64,000 nt of DNA from Picochlorum sp. SENEW3 (lineage: Eukaryota). The position numbers and the translations under genes are program-made. Of the stretch, positions 56,113 to 64,000 are shown one piece after another. The notes under the pieces were generated by a model that did not search any database, was not told the DNA's origin, and worked only from the letters and a program-made list of their open reading frames with translations. Every line of letters starts with the position of its first letter. Within the stretch, counting starts at the first letter, position 1. The stretch spans positions 496,001-560,000 of the forward strand of contig CP120457.1 in assembly GCA_034226945.1 (NCBI GenBank). The letters run 5' to 3'.

Positions 56113-57816
56113 ATGGTGGGAAAGGTACTGCTAAGTGGCGCATTTGTGGCTCATGTGCACGCAACAAAGGAGAAGCATGTCCGACGCCTGAATCACCCAC
56201 GTTTCGAATTGATTGGCCGTACATGCGAGAAAAGGGTCAGAAACCTTCTGAAAGGCTTACATATACATAAAAATGACAATGTTGTCCTTAACAGCATCGG
56301 TGATGTGGCGTTGGCTCAAGGGGACGTTGTTGTCAAACACTTGGCCAAATGGCTCTCTGCCTTGGCCGTAGCTCTGCTCCTTCATGGTGGCACACCGGGG
56401 GCAGCTGATGCATATATGCTTGCATCTGCAACAGAAGATAAATTGCTCGGTGTTATTCGAGCGATTGAAACCAAGACGGACTCAGCATTGACCGGATTAA
56501 GCAATCTTGTGACGACTCCGTCGTCATCAGGAGATGCAGATGCATTGCAGGATGCAGTAGAGCAACAGAAAGCGCTTGTTGACGAAGTGCATGACGTCGT
56601 CCGACGAAATTTTGATGATTCTAGGCATAATGGGTATACTGATGACGGCTGGCAGTCGATTCGGGATAGTGTCGTGTCGAGGAAACTGTCAGATGCATCC
56701 AGCACCCACAGTGCCATACGAGAAATGTTGTTGACATTAAAGGATCCATACACCAGATTTTTGTCTGCGGATGAATTTTCCGCCATGTCAAAATATGATA
56801 TTAGTGGAGTGGGGTTGAATTTAGGAACAAAGGATGATTTGCAGGAAAAGACTGGTCTCATTCCAAAATATTCATCCAATGGCGGAGGTGCGTGGGTTGT
56901 AGGCCTTATTCGCTCGTCTGCAGCAGATGCCGCCGGAATCCAACAGGGAGATTTACTCGTATCCATTGATGATGTACCTTTGGATCAAAAAACTCCCTTT
57001 GAAGTGGCATCCTTGATACAATCGCCAACTCCTGAGAGGGAAGATATCGTTGAAACCGGTTGGTTTGGGATTAGCAAGGTGTCAACCTCTCAGAGTCCAC
57101 CCTTGCATGTCAAAGTGAAAAGAATCACGGGAGAAGAAATGGATATTGAATTGCAAAGACCACAAGTGGTACCTACTCCGTCTCCAGTATCGTATTCATT
57201 TGATGAACGAAAAAACTCTGGATACATCAAGTTGTCAAGTTTCAATGCACGCGCCCAGCGGGATGTCTCCAGGGCTGTCTCAGACTTGGTAGAACACCGA
57301 GGAGCCACCTCCCTCACGTTGGATTTGCGAGGAAATCGAGGAGGTCTTGTTAGTGAAGGCATAGAGGTGGCTAAAATATTCCTATCAAATGATGACGTGA
57401 TTGTCAGATCCAAACTCAAGGCACGAACAGCAGAGAATGTCATCAGAGCAACCAACCCAAAGCCATTAACAGATGTCAATCTATCAGTTCTGGTCGACGG
57501 AGGAACCGCAAGCGCCAGTGAAATCCTTGCGGGAGCACTGCAAGATAACTGTAGAGCACCACTCATCGGGCAAAAGACGTACGGAAAAGGCCTGATCCAG
57601 AGTGTCTATGAACTCAGTGATGGATCTGGCCTCGTCTTGACGGTGGGATCATATTTGACCCCTACTGGTATTAATATTGACTGGGAGGGACTCACACCGG
57701 ACTTTTCATCGCAACCTCAGCGTGACGAGGACATCAAATCTGTACTGCAAGCATGTCGTGTGAGGAATGGGTCAATCACCTCCTCATCTTCGTTCCCATC
57801 CTCGTCGTCTTCCTAA
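56113..57816 (+). CDS. CTPA1: Thylakoid-lumen C-terminal processing peptidase, CTPA1-like
   Basis: DPYTRFLSADEFSAMSKYDISGVGLNL, PDZ domain, DLRGNRGG, TASASEILAGAL, TYGKGLIQ. Confidence 0.88.
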   Translation: MVGKVLLSGAFVAHVHATKEKHVRRLNHPRFELIGRTCEKRVRNLLKGLHIHKNDNVVLNSIGDVALAQGDVVVKHLAKWLSALAVALLLHGGTPGAADAYMLASATEDKLLGVIRAIETKTDSALTGLSNLVTTPSSSGDADALQDAVEQQKALVDEVHDVVRRNFDDSRHNGYTDDGWQSIRDSVVSRKLSDASSTHSAIREMLLTLKDPYTRFLSADEFSAMSKYDISGVGLNLGTKDDLQEKTGLIPKYSSNGGGAWVVGLIRSSAADAAGIQQGDLLVSIDDVPLDQKTPFEVASLIQSPTPEREDIVETGWFGISKVSTSQSPPLHVKVKRITGEEMDIELQRPQVVPTPSPVSYSFDERKNSGYIKLSSFNARAQRDVSRAVSDLVEHRGATSLTLDLRGNRGGLVSEGIEVAKIFLSNDDVIVRSKLKARTAENVIRATNPKPLTDVNLSVLVDGGTASASEILAGALQDNCRAPLIGQKTYGKGLIQSVYELSDGSGLVLTVGSYLTPTGINIDWEGLTPDFSSQPQRDEDIKSVLQACRVRNGSITSSSSFPSSSSS

Positions 57817-58314
57817 GAAGCAACCCAGGAGGAACGACGCATTAAAAAAACAGGAGAAAAAAAATTCTATTCTTGTGCGTGGAAAGCACGCACACAAGCA
57901 TATGCAGATACGAGACGGAATCAACACGACAACAGGCAATACCCTCGGGGTGTTGTTCTAGCTGAATGAATCATTCTTGGTTTTTTTGTCATTTCATGAA
58001 TCACAAGGGGCATATCGAATCATACCCGATGACCCCATGTATACGATAATAATACTTGTAACACAAAGGCATTGCAGCGTCTGAATAGACATTGGTACGT
58101 GAAGATGTGACCATCCAAAGGTCATCACCACCACCACCACCTGATGGCATGCATGCCCGTAGTACCAGATACATATCTTATTCTTTTTAAGGATGGAGTG
58201 GTTTTAATTTCTAATTACGACGCCTCCTCGCCCGAATAATACAAGGCACGCATGCATACCCTCGGTTGTAATACCAAACTACATATTCCAACACCTGCGG
58301 ATTTAGTAAGTAAA

Positions 58315-58401
58315 CTCCTCAGTACATACCGATTCTTGAGAATTCTTGGAAGTCTGTGTGAATACGTGTGAGGCTGGTCTTTCGTTCGTTCATCACAGGA
58401 G
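58315..58401 (-). ncRNA. Candidate box C/D snoRNA (87 nt)
   Basis: Minus strand reads CTCC-T-GTGATGA ... CTGA-GGAG: perfect C and D boxes with a 4-bp terminal stem at canonical spacing. No target identified. Confidence 0.55.
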
Positions 58402-58787
58402 AGACAACACCGACGAGAGCTAGATAGCGGAATATACATATTGGTTGGTATTTACTGTAAAGATTTAACGGGTGAACTAGAGAAAGAGAGCGAGAGGCGG
58501 GTGTGAATAAAATCGACTCTTCATCAGAGTCGACCAAGCTGATTGATTTGGAGCGTATTCTGAAACAGAGAGGTTTTTCATCATTTTTCTATATTTATTA
58601 TTAATGAATTGGTTAGGTTAATGAAAATTACACGCGTTTCATAGAAGTATCCCGATTCCATTGCCGAGTTTTGCTTCCCAACTCTCAAAACCCATTTTAC
58701 TATCAATAATACACCACAAATTCTAAAGACACTATCGTTATTACGCACTGTCCATATCAAGATCTAGTGCTGTTTGTCTTCTTCACC

Positions 58788-60068
58788 ATGGACCCTCGTG
58801 TATTTCGATTCAAAACGTTTGTGGATGAGCTTGTGACTGTTGAGAAGAGACAGATTGTGGCTCTGACAGAGACTGCAAAAGATATTGTGGCTTTGGATGG
58901 TCGTATAGCGCCCCAGATTGCCAATGTAGTGACTGATAAGGCTCTCAAGGTAATGTTTTTTTTTGTTGATAGGGTTGAATTTGAAGTATGGAATTGACAT
59001 GCCATGTATGTGCCTGCAGGCTTCGGCTGATGTACAGCTGCCCATTTTGTATTTGCTGGATAGTATATGCAAGAACGTTGGTGAGCCGTTTGTGTCCTGT
59101 TTTTCAGGAAAGCTTGCAGAGGTGTTTCGTCATGCGTGGGTGGTGGGGGCACCTGGTTTGCATAGGCCATTGAGAAAGTTGGCAGGGACTTGGGTGTCTG
59201 TGTTCCCGGTGCATGTGATGTCGGCGGTAGAAGCCTCCATGGCGCACGCTGGTACCATCAAGCCTGGTGGTAAAAAGCCCATGACAAGGGATCCGCGTTT
59301 GGCGGGGTCAGATGGTGTTGGACAGCCGGCTCCTGTTGGGGATATTTTGAGCATGTTGGCAAATACGGAGGATATTTCGTCGCTTTTAGGTGTGCAAGTT
59401 CCTGTTTCTGCATTAAAAAGCGGAGAGGCAACGACAGCGTTGGATCTCAAGTCAGAGACTATCAAAGTGAGGAACCAGGCAGCTATTTCCAGATTGTTGA
59501 ATGCCACCCGTGCAAATCAGGCTGCATTTTTAGATAACAAGTTCTTGAAGAAGAAGATTTATGATGGCAGGAAGGATCATTCTAGAATGTGGTATTTAGA
59601 TATAGATACGTGGTATAAAGGAACGACCAAGAATGAAGAGGATGGCAGTGGTAGACAAGGAGAGGTCCAGGTGGCACCCAAGGATGAGGCACCAAGGCTT
59701 ACAAGTGTCCCAGTTGATGAGAATCAGACAGAGTGTGCTGTATCAGGAGAAAAGTTTGAAAAATACTGGGATGAAAAGGAGCAAGAATGGAGATATTTGG
59801 ATGTGGTGAAGGTCACTGGTGCCATGTCAGCAAGGTGTGTGTTGTTATTCCATGAGTTTGTGTTTTTGTGATTCTGTCATGCATGGTGATGATCATTTGT
59901 GTCTATGTCTATGTATGTAGGCTTGGTGTTCCTGAGGGATCGTTAGTGTGTGCGAGTACTGTTGATTTTGGCACAATACCTTCTGGAATGGACACTGGCC
60001 AGCGTCGACCAGCACCGATTGATAATGGAGGCGGTGATGCAAAGCGAATTAAAATTGAAAAGGTGTAA
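58788..60068 (+). CDS. PCF11: PCF11/PCFS4-like cleavage and polyadenylation factor (CID plus zinc finger); introns 58950-59019 and 59835-59920
   Basis: LPILYLLDSICKNVG, TRDPRL, SRMWY, VPVDENQTECAVSGEKFEKYWDEKEQEWRY. Confidence 0.88.
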
Positions 60069-60080
60069 CATATGAACTCA

Positions 60081-63000
60081 TTATACGGGCCTTACTTTTG
60101 AAGAATCATACTGATAACGCTTCTTTTTTCTTTGGCTGCTTGGGCCTGCTTTTTTTTCATAAAATGCAGAACCCCGCTTCTCCAGAACAGCATCCCCAGG
60201 GGTGCCTGGCTGGATGGCTAACTGCTCCTGGAAAAAGTCCATTTCCTCTTTGCCGACAGCTTGAATTCCCACGATTGGTTCTCCATCCTCGGTGACAACC
60301 CTCACAATGTCTAAAGGACGCTTCTTTCTGATGCGAGCACTACTGGCTGCATCACGGGCGTAGTAGACACGCCCCTCGTATTCACTCACAGAAGAAAGGT
60401 CGTGCAATCGCTTCCAGAAGGGCAGCAGACCACCAGAAAGAATGTGGAGATTGCTCTTTCTTGTGCCCATGTGACATATCTCTCCTTCCATAAATCTGCA
60501 CACAACTCATAGTATTATGCATATGACATACAACTGCATTGTAACATTATGACATACTTTCTGCAATTATCACCGTGAAAGCATCTGGTTTCGAGGTAAT
60601 TATACCATCTTTTCCAAATTTTTTCGGCAGCAGGTATGTCCACCTTATGCCAGTACTGCTGCTGTCTCTTGATTGCTTCGAACAAAGAAGTGATTGAACT
60701 GTATTTGCCGCAAGGCTCGATTTGTCTGACTTTGACTCTCCATGGATGCGTGTCATTAGCATTCTCATCAGGAATGACATTGACAAGTTTGATCTTTGGT
60801 GTTTTCTCTCCATTCAATGTGAAGCGCATGGATGATACATAAAATCCTGAATGCTGCTTCACCCCATATATGTGATTGTGCGATTGCATTAATTCCTCAT
60901 ACTGACCTAGTGTATCGTCCCAAGCTTTGCCGCTATCAGAGGTCAAGGTCTGGCGGTACACTGCAGATTTTGTTTGAGGATCCAGATACACTGTCACAGA
61001 ATCCACAATGGAAGCCTTAACATCCATCTTGAGAATACCTCTGTCAAGAGATCCCTCACTCTTCATGACTTGCCTTGTATCCTCCATGACATCGCTGAAG
61101 TATGCAAATAGAACCTCCTGCTCATCTATAGGAAGGCCCAGTAATCTGTTCAAAAACTTTGTTACTTTGCTTGAATCCTTTCCATTTCGCCTTCTATTAT
61201 CATCAAGCAGACCTATTTGCTGAAGGCGTCTCGTGAAATGCAAGAAAAATACTTTTGTGGCCGAAGCATCTGGATCCGAGATGCCTAGCATGAGCCTGGG
61301 AGGCAGTTCCTGTATCTTGATGTTATTTAACGGAGACTGATTCTCAGGCGCGAAACTGTCCAGAAACCTTGTAAGTGACCTTGCACCAAGGTCTGTGTCT
61401 ACATCGAAAGATTTCAGCTCTGATCCTGCTCCAAGAGCATTTCTGTCACCTTTCAAAAGTGCTCCAAGTGAGGATAATCTTTTCGCAGCAGCAGCAGCAA
61501 ATCGATATTCCCCACCACATGGCGTAACAACCATTTGGTAAATTGGAGCAGAGACCTGATTCGCCCTATGTGACCTCCCAAACTGCTGTATTGCTTTATC
61601 TGCTGACCATGGAAGCTCCAGAGTGATATGGTACCGTCTCCTCTGATTCACAACACGTCTGTCTGCTTGTAGAGAGATTCCTGTTGAGGAGGCATCAGAA
61701 ATGATAGCAACCAATTTATTGCCGCGCATAAACAAGTCCTTTTCGACAAGATTGATATCTTTCTTGGCAAATTCGTCAGAGACTCCTCGATCCTTGTACG
61801 CCACCTGCCCATAATCATCCATGTACAATCCCCCTTTTCGCCCAGTCAGTTCTGCCACCTTGTCGGGTCCTCCTAGATTATCAATCAGAGAATCTAGTGG
61901 ATTGGCCGGAAGATCCATCTTCTTGACTATGTACAGCATCCATTTTCTGATATCTAGGATGGCATTCTTTCGGCTGTATGCCCGGACATAATGCTCTAGG
62001 CTGGCTTCCATATCTCTGCTATCAGGCAAAGCTTCATAAGTGCCGTCATCACCATCATCGTCTTCACAATAATCTACAGAAACTGCAGTACGCCGCCTCG
62101 ATTTTCGGGCTGATCTACGAGCGCTAATATTGCTCGTATCATTATTTTCTGGGTCATTTTGCTCTGATTCTTGTTGCTGCAAGAACATCTGTAAATCCTT
62201 TCCTGCGGAGGAAAGGTTCTGCGTTAGCAGGTCTACCTCAGCCTGAGTCTCTGCAAGCTTGGCTTTGCGCTCTTCTTCTGACATTTGTGGATTACTGCTA
62301 GGTCTACCAAGCTTCATCAAGAGGAGTTTTTTGGATAATTTCCGACTCTCTAGCTTTTGAATCGTTTCTTTGAGCCCTTTGATCTTTGCACCTATATTAA
62401 CATTGCCACGCGACACGGTGAATGATGGAATTTTCAAATCATCATTCAAACCTGGTACAGCTTCCTCTATGGATGCAATGGAGGGCTGATCCCTCAATTT
62501 TTTCGCCAGCTCAAAAGTACTTTTGTGGACTGCGTCTAGCTGCTCAGATGATGATCCAATATCACCTGTATTAGTATCCGTCGCTTCATCCACAGTGATT
62601 TTATTGCTGACCAATTTATGCAGGGACATTTTTGGAGCTGATACAAAATCACCTACTGGCTCTTCCAAAGTTTTCATATGATCCGCCGCCGCTTCTCCAG
62701 TACTTTGTAGTCCAATGACAACACAGTATCCCGCTTTGAGCGCCTCTTCTGTCATCTGTGTGATGGTTGGTACCTTGGCAGCCATCAGCATGCTCTTGAA
62801 AAACCTCTGATGAGCCCCCCAGTATACAGTAGGCCATCTTTTAGACCCCATAACTTGCATGATGTCGTATAATTGCATCCAAACCTCACAGCTCCTTTCA
62901 TACATTACCAAAAACTGCTTCTCCAGGAAAGCCTTGGTCATCTCAAACTCTGCCCCATCATACGACAGTGACCTCGCCAAATATGCCCCGGCGGCTTTCA

Positions 63001-64000
63001 AACTCATCGCAGCAAGTTCTAAAGCATCAAGCCTTGCATTGCTTAAAATTTCGATGAGGTTTGCAGCGGTCCCTTCGCCGATACCTCCAAGTCCCAATCT
63101 CACCATGTATGCCATATTTCTGGGCTCTGATGCACCAGTAGCAGATGAATACACCACTTTGGCATTCGGAAGTACTTCTTGAATATGCAAAACTGCCCTA
63201 CCTGTCTGTGTAGGCACACTTCCGACAGTTGGTAGCAGATTCTTTGCCTTGTGAGACTCATCAAAAATCAGCAATCCTCCCTCAGGGCAGTCTTTCAGCC
63301 AATCTATCACCACCTTCAAATTACTCTTCGGACCAATGTTTGCAAGAGATTGAAGATCACTTCCATCCATCTGTGAGTCATCCCTGTCCTTATCGTACTG
63401 GCTTCCCTTGGTCCTCTTTGCCTTTGGTAACCCATACCTCAACAAAGAGTATGTCATAAAGGTGACTCCATCAAACGAGCGACTCGGAATCCCACTGTCA
63501 TGCACAGCAATATGATTCGCATCAATATCATCCAAATCCCTCCTCGAATCAATGCGAAGATCCTGCGATACAGATATCCACAAAATCCGCCTTCCCCCAT
63601 CATGCCAGTGCTGTTTAATCATGGCGGCAATCTGCCGCCCTTTCCCCACACCTGCTCCATCGCCTAGGAAAAAACCAGGTCGAGGTCTATCTTGCATTCT
63701 AAACCTCATATTCGCGTATACGACGGACTCCATTTGCGCATCACTCAGAACTCCCTCAGCAACCTCGTTATGCAAGCAGTGATCAAATGCCACTGGAGGC
63801 AGAGTCACTGATCTCAATGATGATGTCTCCACCAGCGGATCAGGATGCCCTTTAATATTCGGATGCATATCTCGCATGGCCACTGACATATATCGAGAAT
63901 ACGTCAGTTCATCCTCCCCATCATCCTCTCCAATTACATGATCATCATCCTGCTCCTGCGCCTTCTTGTCAGCATCTCCTGCCCGGGGAACCTCTTTTCT
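60081..64000 (-). CDS. SBNO: Strawberry notch family helicase-like protein (SBNO/FGT1-like), 5'-truncated by the window; intron 60557-60496
   Basis: HPDPLVETSSL, LSDAQME, FFLGDGAGVGKGRQIA, FDESHKAKN, SATGASEP, HITLELPWSADKAIQQFGRSHRANQ. The frame is open to the window edge. Confidence 0.95.

Noticed and set aside
58505..58535. Hammerhead ribozyme suggested by CTGATGA on the minus strand
   Set aside because: No stem II followed by GAAA and no compatible stems I and III.

Overview
This is gene-dense nuclear DNA from a eukaryote, most likely a compact-genome chlorophyte green alga (Picochlorum-like trebouxiophyte, inferred). Support: short GT-AG spliceosomal introns (mostly about 60-120 nt), very short intergenic gaps, TGTAA poly(A)-signal candidates after many stop codons, and many proteins with plastid transit peptides. 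I find about 36 protein-coding genes. Plastid or organelle functions: HNH nuclease, 2Fe-2S ferredoxin, STI1-ankyrin protein, TOC34, HSP70B, CTPA3, CTPA1, ABC1 kinase, PQ-loop protein, NAD(P)HX dehydratase, DnaJ, YciI. Housekeeping: LSm4, SERCA-type Ca2+-ATPase, SAM synthetase, archease, URB2, tafazzin, PCF11-like, Strawberry notch. Also present are a CCA1/LHY clock MYB and several secreted or orphan proteins (Asp-box beta-propeller, tandem-domain secreted protein, collagen-like surface protein, bacterial-type V8/Mpr-like serine protease). I saw no rRNA, tRNA, CRISPR array or intact transposon. The most notable observations are: (1) a duplicated W-box/TGACG (alternatively MSA) promoter module upstream of the secreted bacterial-type protease; (2) an oversized, structured intron in SAM synthetase with a possible poison micro-exon; (3) a heat-shock element inside the HSP70B intron; (4) a canonical box C/D snoRNA candidate in an apparently non-coding spliced host; (5) a spliced uORF and a perfect inverted repeat upstream of CCA1/LHY; (6) a dense palindrome chain next to two orphan secreted genes; (7) a TOC34 with altered GTPase motifs. 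All family calls come from reading motifs by eye; no database searches were run.
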